Source of the DNA: a virus
Direction: 5' to 3' (one strand)
DNA: 64,000 bases
IMG/VR virus record: IMGVR_UViG_3300046008_000291
Location: 113,659-177,658 of that record
Shown: piece after piece, positions 28,927 to 38,449 of the stretch
How positions within the stretch are numbered: the first letter of the stretch is position 1
Layout: each line of letters opens with the position of its first letter
Made by a program: the position numbers and the translations under genes
The notes under the pieces: model-generated
Told to the model about the DNA's origin: nothing
Databases searched by the model: none
The model's input: the letters and a program-made list of their open reading frames with translations, nothing else

Positions 28927-30208
28927 ACCGCAAACACTTTGTCTAGCACCTTGGGTACATACATATCTTAGTCCGCAGACTGAGCGACGTATGTGTTGTG
29001 CTAGTCGCGAGCCTGCGCAGAACTTTGAACAGTATATAGATACCAAGGCCGGCACTGGTAAGTATATTCCTATTACACTTGAAGAACATTGGAATAGCGA
29101 GCACATGAAGTCAGTGCGCCAGCGTATGATGGCAGGTGAAACACTACCTGAGTGCGAAGTGTGCAATGACAAATTGTTAAACACATCCGTTTACCGTAGT
29201 TATTTTGATAGCATGTTTGGTCATAAGTATGATAGTATATGGGACACAACAGACGCAGACGGTGCTACCACAATGCGCCCAGTCAGTTGGGATTATCGAT
29301 TTAGCAATCTATGTAACTTCAAGTGTCGTATGTGCGGTGATATGTTGTCTAGCGCATGGGAAACTGAACAGAGACAACACAACATGATCAACTGGAGTAA
29401 TCCAAAGAATAATTGGATGCTACCAGAAATAAGAGATCAAATATCAGCATTCCAAGACAATCAAATTGAAAAAGAGTTTGCTGAAGCTGTTGAAAATCAT
29501 CAAGTAGAAGAAGTATATTGGGTAGGTGGAGAGCCACTAATGTATGAACAACATTGGCGTTATATGCGACGCATTGTTGAATTAGGAGATGGTAAAAATG
29601 TCTATGCTCGTTACAACACAAACCTCAGCCGTGTCACTTACCGTGGGGCCAATCTGTATACTGATATTCTTAGTGGGCTACGTGATTGGCAGATATGTGC
29701 AAGTCTTGATGGTACGCAAGAAATTGGAGAATATATTAGAACAGGACTTGACTATAATTCATGGCTTACAAACTTCCGTGAAGGAGTTAGAATTGCAAGT
29801 CACAGACGCCAAATGCGAATTGACTTCACTCTCACACTGCCCGGCATGTTTGAAGTCACAAACATTACCCAGCTTGCTGAAAAAGAAAACGTAGATATCT
29901 TGGCTAAGGTTGTTTTTAGCTTTAGCCCTGATATTATCCTTAGTCCACTTGCACTCCCACGCGAGTTATTACATCCATGGTTAGATGAGCTAATCCCACA
30001 AACTTCTGGAGCAATGCAGGATATACTTGTGCAGTTAAAATCACGACCAACGTTTGACGAGCAATGGCCCGATATATACAAAGTAAGTCTTGCAGAGGGC
30101 AAGGCTCGTGTGCTACGACTAGAAAGTATACGTAATGATACACTTACACTAGCAGACATATTAAAAGAGAGACCGGCTGTATATGAATGGTACCAAAACA
30201 TTGCTTGA
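28919..30208 (+). CDS. N-twitch radical SAM protein (6)
   Basis: CLAPW..MCC..CEVC; core CNFKCRMC; VGGEP. Confidence 0.85.
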   Translation: MDKPQTLCLAPWVHTYLSPQTERRMCCASREPAQNFEQYIDTKAGTGKYIPITLEEHWNSEHMKSVRQRMMAGETLPECEVCNDKLLNTSVYRSYFDSMFGHKYDSIWDTTDADGATTMRPVSWDYRFSNLCNFKCRMCGDMLSSAWETEQRQHNMINWSNPKNNWMLPEIRDQISAFQDNQIEKEFAEAVENHQVEEVYWVGGEPLMYEQHWRYMRRIVELGDGKNVYARYNTNLSRVTYRGANLYTDILSGLRDWQICASLDGTQEIGEYIRTGLDYNSWLTNFREGVRIASHRRQMRIDFTLTLPGMFEVTNITQLAEKENVDILAKVVFSFSPDIILSPLALPRELLHPWLDELIPQTSGAMQDILVQLKSRPTFDEQWPDIYKVSLAEGKARVLRLESIRNDTLTLADILKERPAVYEWYQNIA

Positions 30209-31283
30209 TCAACTTGAAATTGATCTAAAGAATGATGCAACAGGAGAATTACTGACAGTATATATTGATGTATTTGACAGTTCGCTCGGCCGTAAATGGT
30301 TATCGGCATTAAACAATCTAATAGAAAAGAACTATCACCTTGAGAAGAATTTTTGTTTTCATGGATTTGTTGAATCTGAACGTAATGCAGAATATATAAC
30401 TGATCAAATTAATCAATCAATTGCAGCAATTAATCAGGCAAATCTCGGCTATCATATCAACGATCATTTCACGGTGGCTAATACCATAGTGCCGGGAGAG
30501 ATTGGCGAATTTCTCGAAGGCGGAAAACTAGTACACGATAAATTAAATCAACTACATAGATATTTCGAAGATCTGCAGGGAGTTAGCGGTCACATGTCGG
30601 GTTATTACAATCAAGCTGATGACAGTACAAAATGGCATATCCGACAGTTAAATTTATTATGTCACGAATACGAATCTCTAGTACTAAGCATGCGCAAAGC
30701 TGTGCATGCACCCGAATGGCGTCGTCCTAGTCAATTGATGTGTTGGTTAAATGCACCACGCTTTGTATTAGACGCGGACGATTTTGAATTATTTGGAATT
30801 GAAAGTTTAAATCGTCCGGCTGGCGGCGTATTTGTAGGAGTTAATAAAGCTATTGGCAAACATCATTATGAAGTCTTTCGTGATGAAGGCGGTGCAGGCC
30901 ATAGGATTGATGAATTGACTACATCAGCAATGCGCTCGCAAACAGAAGCAGCAGGTGATTTTGATATTGAATGGGCAATTAGTCCGGGCCAGTACGATTG
31001 GATGAAAAAAGAATTAGCAGATTTTACTCAATGGTTAATAGACAATGGATTCGACCCCGACGATAAATCATTAACTATAGGACACCCACAGGTAGGACAG
31101 GTTGATCTACAGCGAACATTCGGATCACAAGACCATAATGTAATATGGTCACAACTGGGCCTACATCTAAACGTATATAAGTTGAGAACTAGTCAAGCGT
31201 CTGCCATTTATGAATATAATTGGTCAGATTCTGATTATCGAGATCAACAGATACTACAGATTAAACGAGGACAAATAGCCTAA
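30183..31283 (+). CDS. Hypothetical protein (366 aa) coupled to the rSAM array
   Basis: Long ORF overlapping the last rSAM gene; no motif recognised. Confidence 0.65.
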   Translation: MNGTKTLLDQLEIDLKNDATGELLTVYIDVFDSSLGRKWLSALNNLIEKNYHLEKNFCFHGFVESERNAEYITDQINQSIAAINQANLGYHINDHFTVANTIVPGEIGEFLEGGKLVHDKLNQLHRYFEDLQGVSGHMSGYYNQADDSTKWHIRQLNLLCHEYESLVLSMRKAVHAPEWRRPSQLMCWLNAPRFVLDADDFELFGIESLNRPAGGVFVGVNKAIGKHHYEVFRDEGGAGHRIDELTTSAMRSQTEAAGDFDIEWAISPGQYDWMKKELADFTQWLIDNGFDPDDKSLTIGHPQVGQVDLQRTFGSQDHNVIWSQLGLHLNVYKLRTSQASAIYEYNWSDSDYRDQQILQIKRGQIA

Positions 31284-32101
31284 TGATTTTATTATCCGGC
31301 GGCGATAGTTTTACCTATGGTAGTGAACTTGCTGATGGAGTGTCGCCACATGACCCTAACGGTACAGAACCAGCATACCCGATTGTCAGTCAGAGTACTT
31401 TTCCTGCACTACTAGCTCGAGACTTTGGTATGCACTATGAATGTGCAGCCTACCCGGGATTTAGTAACAGTGCAATTCGACGTACTGTAATGAATAGCTG
31501 TGAAAGTCTGTTAGACGTAGGGTTGGTAATAGTAACATGGACATTTCCTGGTAGATACGAATTTAGATTTGATTATAACACAGGAGAACGATGGGGTAAC
31601 TGGTATAATTTAAACCCTTGGTCTATAATAGATAATGTAGAAGACATAAAAAAAGAATTTAAAACTGATAATACAACAATATTACAACATCATACTAATC
31701 ATTTGCTACGAGCCAAACAAACAGGCACAGCAGATTTTGCTAAAACATTTTACAAACATGTTGGTTCAACTGCCTATTGGGAAACATACAATTCACTAGT
31801 AGAAATAATTATGTTACAGCAATACCTACAGTTAAAAAAGATACCATATATATTTTCCATGGTTGATGAAGCATTGTTAAATAACTGTACATATCTAATG
31901 AATGATGAAAATATAATAACATTGTATAATCAACTTGATTTCGATCGATGGGCAACCTTTCCGAATAATCAAGGATTTTTTACATGGGCTCGAGATTTTA
32001 AATATCCATTTGCCACAACTCATCCATTAGAACCAGCGCACATTGATGCTGCAAAGTATATTCGGGAGAACTACAATGAATTGGTTAAAGACTTTATATA
32101 A
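31283..32101 (+). CDS. SGNH-superfamily protein
   Basis: LSGGDSFTYG, YPGFSN, THPLEPAH. Confidence 0.65.
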   Translation: MILLSGGDSFTYGSELADGVSPHDPNGTEPAYPIVSQSTFPALLARDFGMHYECAAYPGFSNSAIRRTVMNSCESLLDVGLVIVTWTFPGRYEFRFDYNTGERWGNWYNLNPWSIIDNVEDIKKEFKTDNTTILQHHTNHLLRAKQTGTADFAKTFYKHVGSTAYWETYNSLVEIIMLQQYLQLKKIPYIFSMVDEALLNNCTYLMNDENIITLYNQLDFDRWATFPNNQGFFTWARDFKYPFATTHPLEPAHIDAAKYIRENYNELVKDFI

Positions 32102-32177
32102 CAGAATTAAATTAGAAATAACTTATCGTAAAAAATTAAAAGCATTACGTAAGCGTGATCCATTTATCTATAAGTAA
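32076..32177 (+). CDS. Small basic peptide, 33 aa (MNWLKTLYNRIKLEITYRKKLKALRKRDPFIYK)
   Basis: Not in the ORF track. GGAG 7 nt upstream of the ATG; its TAA overlaps the next ATG (TAATG); it fills the gap between two SGNH genes. Confidence 0.55.
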   Translation: MNWLKTLYNRIKLEITYRKKLKALRKRDPFIYK

Positions 32178-32827
32178 TGCGAATATTAACCATTGGCGAT
32201 AGCTTTACCTACGGCGATGAACTAGTTGATATTCAGCAGGCATGGCCGTATGTATTACAAAATAAGTTATCCTGTGAGTTAACAAATTTAGGAAAGCCTG
32301 CTACAGGTAATACCAGCATGGTTCGAAATGTAGTAGAACATGCTAGAGATTATGATTTAATTATCGTCGCCTGGAGTCATTTTGCCCGTATTGAATTTGC
32401 CGACGAGCATGGCATTTTTGATACATGGCCCGGACATCGTGGCGTGGCGTTTACTAATAATATTGCATATAGAATGGAGTTGTTAAATTATATAAATCGT
32501 CACCACAACGATGAATATTTGTATAAACAATATCTATTGAATATAATTTTATTACAAACTTATGCAGATCACCTAGGCAAAAAATTGCTTATGCTTAATA
32601 CGCAGATTAATTGGAATAAACTATCAGAAGATTCATACATGGAAAAGTTTGCATCTACGATTAATCGAATCGATACTCAATATTTTATTGGATGGCCAAA
32701 TGAATCGATGATGGAGTGGACATTTGGCACTCCCAAAGGACCAAACGGTCACTTTTTAGCAGCAGGACATACAATAGTAGCGGATAAAATTTATGAATAT
32801 ATTAGGCATCTCGGCTGGGTTTCATGA
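32177..32827 (+). CDS. SGNH-superfamily protein
   Basis: LTIGDSFTYG, LGKPATGN, GHFLAAGH. Confidence 0.65.
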   Translation: MRILTIGDSFTYGDELVDIQQAWPYVLQNKLSCELTNLGKPATGNTSMVRNVVEHARDYDLIIVAWSHFARIEFADEHGIFDTWPGHRGVAFTNNIAYRMELLNYINRHHNDEYLYKQYLLNIILLQTYADHLGKKLLMLNTQINWNKLSEDSYMEKFASTINRIDTQYFIGWPNESMMEWTFGTPKGPNGHFLAAGHTIVADKIYEYIRHLGWVS

Positions 32828-34292
32828 CGCAGCTGTAACAGTCATTCAAAATGACGAAATTGTATTTGCTGGGCATAGTGAACGCTACAGCAAAATTAAA
32901 CATGACCCAAACTTATGTTCAAGTTTACTAGCAGATGCAATTTTAGAATCGGGTGCATATCCACATCAAATAGCCTACTATGAAAGACCTTGGGTTAAGA
33001 AGACACGTCAACTCTACGCTGGCCAATACAGTGAGCTAACCAAAGGCTGGAGTGTACGCAATATGATTTCCAAGGCTGCACCGTGGTTCAATCATCGAGA
33101 CATTCCACTTAAAACATACAATCATCATTTAAGTCATGCGGCCGCAGGCTTTCAAACAAGTCCGTTTGACAATGCAACAGTTGTGGTAATTGATGCTATC
33201 GGTGAGTGGGACACTATTAGTATTTGGACAGCAAAGTATGTCAATGGTAAGGCACAATATACAAGAGTATGGCGCCAATTATACCCACACAGTATCGGCT
33301 TGATGTACAGTGCGTTTACCAAAGAAGTTGGACTTAAACCCTTAGACGAAGAATACATTCTAATGGGCATGGCTGGTTGGGCACAAAAAAATACAGGACG
33401 ATTGAGTGACGAACTTTCTAATTGGTTAGTTGATCACGAGTTTGATCTGACATTAAAACACAATCTACATATCGGCCTGCCCGAGAATGACATGCGAGCT
33501 CGCTGGAACGACTTCGAAATTGCCGCGGCAGCTCAGACATTAGCGGAACAATTGATACATAATATTATGTACAAGGCAATGAAGTTAGCACCTAACCGTA
33601 ATTTAGTATATGCTGGTGGCGTTGCTCTTAATTGTAGTGCTAATAGAGACTTGGGAGAATACTTTGATGAAATATGGATTATGCCTAATCCTGGTGATGC
33701 TGGTAGCAGCCTTGGAGCGGCGGCCTTGGCACACGGGGGTCGACTTAATTGGAATAATGCTTTTCTTGGCCATAATATTAGTGGCCCTTATCCTGTCACC
33801 GATGTTGTCTCCGAATTAATGACCAATAAGATCGTTGGTGTTGCTAGCGGTCGTGCAGAATTTGGACCAAGAGCATTGGGTAATCGTAGCCTATTGGCGG
33901 ACCCGCGCGGTCATGATATTAAAGATCGAGTTAACTTAATTAAACATAGACAAAAGTTTAGACCTTTTGCTCCTATCATACTTGAAGAATTCGCCGATGA
34001 ATATTTTGAAATGCCCAACGGCTTTGCCACAAGCAGATATATGCAGACAACTGCAAAATGCTTGCGTCCTGATGAATTTCCTGCTATAATACATGTTGAT
34101 GGTACAAGTCGAGTACAGACTGTTCCACGAGATGGCAGTGGTATACGTGAACTATTATGCTTATGGTATACTTGGACGGGTTGCCCGATGTTGCTTAATA
34201 CAAGTTTAAACATCAGAGGCGAGCCCATGGTAAATGATCGCGCTGACGCAGATCGCTTTGAAGAATTATACGGAGTTCGTGTTTTATCATGA
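32793..34292 (+). CDS. O-carbamoyltransferase (NodU/CmcH/TobZ family)
   Basis: ILGISAGFHDAA, HHLSHAA, DAIGE, GGVALNC, PGDAGSSLGAA, EFGPRALGNRS, RPFAP, HVDGTSRVQTV, LLNTSLN. Confidence 0.92.
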   Translation: MNILGISAGFHDAAVTVIQNDEIVFAGHSERYSKIKHDPNLCSSLLADAILESGAYPHQIAYYERPWVKKTRQLYAGQYSELTKGWSVRNMISKAAPWFNHRDIPLKTYNHHLSHAAAGFQTSPFDNATVVVIDAIGEWDTISIWTAKYVNGKAQYTRVWRQLYPHSIGLMYSAFTKEVGLKPLDEEYILMGMAGWAQKNTGRLSDELSNWLVDHEFDLTLKHNLHIGLPENDMRARWNDFEIAAAAQTLAEQLIHNIMYKAMKLAPNRNLVYAGGVALNCSANRDLGEYFDEIWIMPNPGDAGSSLGAAALAHGGRLNWNNAFLGHNISGPYPVTDVVSELMTNKIVGVASGRAEFGPRALGNRSLLADPRGHDIKDRVNLIKHRQKFRPFAPIILEEFADEYFEMPNGFATSRYMQTTAKCLRPDEFPAIIHVDGTSRVQTVPRDGSGIRELLCLWYTWTGCPMLLNTSLNIRGEPMVNDRADADRFEELYGVRVLS

Positions 34293-34690
34293 GAATATTA
34301 ATTTGTGGTCTGCCAGGCTCGGGTAAAACTACACTAGCACATGCATTATCAACATTGATAGATTGTATATGGTACAATGCTGATGCAGTTAGAAGCAAGT
34401 ATAATGATTGGGATTTTTCTGAAGAAGGCAGACTACGTCAGGCAACACGTATGAAAAAGTTAGCCGATGACAGCAACGGTCACATTGTATGTGACTTTGT
34501 TGCTCCTACCAAAGAGATACGTGATATCTTTGATGCTGACTATGTTGTATGGATAGATACAATTAAACTAGGTAGATTCGAAGATACAAATAAAGTATTT
34601 GAGCCACCGGAGCATTACGATATACGGGTAACAGAACAAGATGCCGCACGTTGGGCAGCTATTATTGCCAAGGAAATAAATGAAGCCTAA
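34289..34690 (+). CDS. Adenylyl-sulfate (APS) kinase-like P-loop kinase, compact (133 aa)
   Basis: GLPGSGKTT Walker A; NADAVR; DFSEEGRLRQA; CDFVAP, resembling CysC blocks. Confidence 0.6.
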   Translation: MRILICGLPGSGKTTLAHALSTLIDCIWYNADAVRSKYNDWDFSEEGRLRQATRMKKLADDSNGHIVCDFVAPTKEIRDIFDADYVVWIDTIKLGRFEDTNKVFEPPEHYDIRVTEQDAARWAAIIAKEINEA

Positions 34691-35102
34691 ACACCAAACA
34701 GCACACATGCGAGCCGCACATATCTACGCTGAACTAAGCACAGCACGTAGACTTAAAGTGGGCGCACTTGTAGTTAAAGATGATAGAATTGTATCAATTG
34801 GCTACAACGGTATGCCCAGTGGATGGGACAACAACTGTGAATATGATTTAGAAGATGGAAATATTAAAACTAGACCGGAGGTATTACATGCAGAAACTAA
34901 CGCACTTGCGAAATTGGCTAGAAGTACTGAGTCTGGTCTTGATGCTGATTTATTTGTTACTCATAGTCCTTGCTTGGATTGTGCCAAGCTCATATATCAG
35001 AGTGGTATTAAACGAGTATTCTATGCTACTGCTTACCGCGATAATTCCGGGATTAATTTCCTTAAATCTTCGGGTATTGACGTAGAGCAACTAGATGTTT
35101 GA
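34680..35102 (+). CDS. dCMP deaminase (ComEB/T4 cd-like)
   Basis: KVGALVV..GYNG, HAETNA and PCLDC zinc motifs. Confidence 0.88.
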   Translation: MKPKHQTAHMRAAHIYAELSTARRLKVGALVVKDDRIVSIGYNGMPSGWDNNCEYDLEDGNIKTRPEVLHAETNALAKLARSTESGLDADLFVTHSPCLDCAKLIYQSGIKRVFYATAYRDNSGINFLKSSGIDVEQLDV

Positions 35103-37503
35103 TGTGTTCTACACGGGCCCAAAGCCTGGCTTATTTCCATTTGAACTGCCAGCTGATACACTAGCGGAAGCTGCTAGTTTAAGTCGTACTAAGTTTTTTT
35201 GGTTCGTCGATGGACAAAATGATTACACAGGATTTGATTTTAATTTTCAGGCAGTGCCTTGGGAAGAACATCAAATACACACATGGCCAAATCAATGGCA
35301 GGTTGACGGAGGTGTATATTTTGCTAACAAATATACTATACAAGATCGTATACATAATTACCATTCAGACACCTATACACATCGACTACCCAACTTAGAT
35401 TATTGGGATTATCGTGACTGTGACCCTGCTAGTGTAGATCAACGGTGGGCACCAGATCCATTGGATCCTCCTTACATCTATCAGTTTCCTGTTAAGTGGG
35501 GGCGCGAGCAAGTAGATGGACCACGGTATTGCGTACCAGGTGCCGCAGAAGTAAAATACCTATACGACTTTACAGCAGAGTTTAATCCACAGTTAGAATT
35601 ATGGACTGTACCAGAAGAAATTAATGCTGAAGATATTGATTTTACCTGGCGACCTGATCCTGACCATCCTCCTTACATCTATCACTTTAGTTCAGAGTTC
35701 CAAGTGAGTTCTGGATTAACCTATACAGTGCCTGGTGCAGTCGATGTCAAGTTTGTGGACATGATGCCCACTAAGACGGGCAATGCTATACAGGTCTTGG
35801 ACATATTCTTTATTGATAAAAGCAATGCCAGCGCGGCTGTGCGTTATGAAATGTTAGTAGATGAATATCCGCATGCACAAAAGATACGCTATGCCAATTC
35901 AATGATGGATACTATTGCTCGATGTGTTACACGCAGTAAGACCAGTAAGTTTTGGATAGTCAGTAGTGAAAACATTTACACAGACTTTAACTTTAGTTGG
36001 CACGCTGAACCTTGGCAAGGCCACATGATGCATGTGTTTGGATCACAGCATCAAAAGTGGAGCGATACCTACTTAATTAATCGCAGTGAATTTACTCGCT
36101 GTAGGGCGTGGGCTCGGAATCTAGAAGAGTTTCCTAATCTGCATTTTGTCACAGATCAGCCTGTGTATATTCCTGATGACCTGCATGACATATACTTTGT
36201 TGATCACGGTAATGACAATGATCAACTTGAACAACTGCAAAAGAAACACCCCGATATCAAATCAACTCGTTATGTTGATAACTACCTCGATACCTTTAAG
36301 CGTATTATGTCAACTGCTTCAACAGAACATGTATGGATAATCAGTAGCCTATGTGATTATACACGCTTTGACTTTAGTTGGCAACCGGAACCCTGGCAGA
36401 AAGAAATGATACATGTGTTTCCTAGTGCTAACCAAGCTCGTGGTGATACATTCTATATACATGTTGAATCATTTAAACAACAGATGGTTGAACTTGCTCT
36501 GTTAGATTGGTTCAACGTTATTAACTACTGTGAAGAACAGCGTGTTCCAAGACTACCTATGCCCGTGCATACTTACCAAGGAGATAATTTAATCACTGCG
36601 GTTAGCGAACACGAGTTTAAACATCCATATACTTGGTTTTGTAAACGAGATCGTGGTATAGTGTATAACCCTAGCATTTGGTACGCAAAAGATAAGAAAA
36701 TCGTCTCGTTTACGCCCGATAATAGCTATGTTTTGGCACCGAGAGAGGCCAAAAACTATATCAGTACACAAGTATACTATTATCCATATATTGATAAAAT
36801 ACCGACGTTTTATAGCCCTCAACAGGATATTATTTTTATCAGTTATGACGAAGTTGAAGCCGATGCTAACTGGGCCAAGCTAGGTAGTAAATATCCTAAT
36901 GCTAAAAGACTGCATGGTGTAGAGGGAATGGAAAATGCTCTACGTGCGGCTGCTGAATTAAGCGAAACTGAATGGTACTACGCTGTATTTGCTAAAACAG
37001 AAATACATCCTGGGTTTGAATTTGATTTTAGTCCTGATTACTTTCAATTGCCCAAGCATTATATATTCTATGCACACAATGAAGCCAACGGATTAGAGTA
37101 TGGTTATGCAGGAGTTATATTATACAATGTTAACCTTGTTAAGACTGTGACTGAATTTGGTATTGATTATACTATGAGTGCACCGCATGCTGTTATACCT
37201 AAACTAAGTGCTATTGCACATATAGGCGCAACTCCGTATCAAGCCTGGCGCAGTGCATTTCGTGAATGTGCAAAACTTGCACAGATACATGAAGAAACTG
37301 GCTGTATTGAAACTAAACATAGACTACACACATGGACAACCACAGCCCGTGGGCCTAATGCTGAATGGATATTAAAAGGTGCCAACGATGGTGTTGCCTT
37401 TTATTCAGCCAATAAAAATTCCCATCAAACACTTAAACAAGCATTTAGATGGGAATGGTTAGCTAGGCAGTTTGCGGAATTGTATCCCGAAGTTGATCGA
37501 TAA
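35095..37503 (+). CDS. 802-aa multi-module protein with four GT-A-like repeats (related to 19828..20724)
   Basis: Modules begin FDVFY, LDIFFID, HDIYFVD and QDIIFISYDE. Each is followed by an (S/T)xTxx(F/V/Y)W/Y strand and an F.F.(W/F)...PW/DY segment; C-terminal AWRSAFRECAK. Confidence 0.55.
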   Translation: MFDVFYTGPKPGLFPFELPADTLAEAASLSRTKFFWFVDGQNDYTGFDFNFQAVPWEEHQIHTWPNQWQVDGGVYFANKYTIQDRIHNYHSDTYTHRLPNLDYWDYRDCDPASVDQRWAPDPLDPPYIYQFPVKWGREQVDGPRYCVPGAAEVKYLYDFTAEFNPQLELWTVPEEINAEDIDFTWRPDPDHPPYIYHFSSEFQVSSGLTYTVPGAVDVKFVDMMPTKTGNAIQVLDIFFIDKSNASAAVRYEMLVDEYPHAQKIRYANSMMDTIARCVTRSKTSKFWIVSSENIYTDFNFSWHAEPWQGHMMHVFGSQHQKWSDTYLINRSEFTRCRAWARNLEEFPNLHFVTDQPVYIPDDLHDIYFVDHGNDNDQLEQLQKKHPDIKSTRYVDNYLDTFKRIMSTASTEHVWIISSLCDYTRFDFSWQPEPWQKEMIHVFPSANQARGDTFYIHVESFKQQMVELALLDWFNVINYCEEQRVPRLPMPVHTYQGDNLITAVSEHEFKHPYTWFCKRDRGIVYNPSIWYAKDKKIVSFTPDNSYVLAPREAKNYISTQVYYYPYIDKIPTFYSPQQDIIFISYDEVEADANWAKLGSKYPNAKRLHGVEGMENALRAAAELSETEWYYAVFAKTEIHPGFEFDFSPDYFQLPKHYIFYAHNEANGLEYGYAGVILYNVNLVKTVTEFGIDYTMSAPHAVIPKLSAIAHIGATPYQAWRSAFRECAKLAQIHEETGCIETKHRLHTWTTTARGPNAEWILKGANDGVAFYSANKNSHQTLKQAFRWEWLARQFAELYPEVDR
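35465..35684 (+). repeat. Intragenic 201-bp-period duplication (PDP..PPYIY.F..VPGA..VK)
   Basis: Exact 19-bp direct repeat ATCCTCCTTACATCTATCA at 35465-35483 and 35666-35684. Confidence 0.8.
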
Positions 37504-38449
37504 AATCCTGCGCTAATAACCAATCAAGATATGCAGGAATGCCCTGTTCGATATCCCATACAGGTGTATAGTCTAGCATGTGTTTAATCTTATCGCTGTT
37601 AAGTGTATCGCGATTAGGATAAAACGCATCATGTGGTTTAATAATAATTTCACCACCTAATCTTTGTTGTACAAGTTCAGCGGCTTCTAAAATAGTGCGC
37701 CCACGGCCACGTGTACAGTTAAAGATTTGATTAACTGCTGCCGGATTCAATGCGGCTTCTGTAAAATACCCTGCAACATCTTCTACAAAACTAAAATCTA
37801 GTCGATTATCTGGACCCTGTACTGTGATAGCACCATTGCGCAATGAACCTGCAGCCATTTGACTTATAACACGTACTACCATATCGCGTGTACCATACAA
37901 AGCACTTGGTCGCATAATAACATATTCTAAGTCATGATCCTGTGCCCAGATCTTAACCATACGCTCACCTTGCAATTTGTAACTACCGTATAGGGTTAAT
38001 GGATCACAGTCAGCAGTTTCATCCGGTGCGGCAGTTTTAAATTCACCGTAGACCATACTACTAGACGCAAATACAAGTCGTTTAACGTGATGTTGTGTGC
38101 AATTTAATAATATGTTAGCAGTAGCACTAACCATGTTATTGGCGGCATCAACAGGATTACGGTGCACCATCTTAGCATTGGGATATGTTGCCACATGAAT
38201 AACAACATCTGGTTTAAAATCATTAAACACACCATTAATAAACAACTGATCTTCGATGCGTCCTTTGAATACTTGGTCGGCATCAGCTAGTGCAATACGC
38301 TGTGCCAGTACTGGGTTATATTCCCAGTCTGGAAATGTATAGTATTGATGATAGCAGTCCACTACACCGATAGTATGTCCTAATGCTTTGAGTTTACTAC
38401 TGGTATGACTACCAATAAAGCCGTGTCCGCCTAAAATTAATATTTTCAT
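37463..38449 (-). CDS. NAD-dependent sugar epimerase/dehydratase (extended SDR) 2
   Basis: GGHGFIG, ASSSMVYGEF, YGSYK (YxxxK), RPSALYG, DFSFVED. Confidence 0.9.
   Translation of the reverse strand: MKILILGGHGFIGSHTSSKLKALGHTIGVVDCYHQYYTFPDWEYNPVLAQRIALADADQVFKGRIEDQLFINGVFNDFKPDVVIHVATYPNAKMVHRNPVDAANNMVSATANILLNCTQHHVKRLVFASSSMVYGEFKTAAPDETADCDPLTLYGSYKLQGERMVKIWAQDHDLEYVIMRPSALYGTRDMVVRVISQMAAGSLRNGAITVQGPDNRLDFSFVEDVAGYFTEAALNPAAVNQIFNCTRGRGRTILEAAELVQQRLGGEIIIKPHDAFYPNRDTLNSDKIKHMLDYTPVWDIEQGIPAYLDWLLAQDFIDQLRDTIPQTA

Noticed and set aside
22545-30208. Viperin-like or anaerobic RNR-activase identity for the rSAMs
   Set aside because: All carry an N-terminal Cys-rich twitch-like domain and are 360-460 aa per module, unlike those families.
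29800-30309. 169-aa antisense ORF
   Set aside because: Shadow of rSAM/hypothetical genes on the opposite strand; no RBS or motifs.
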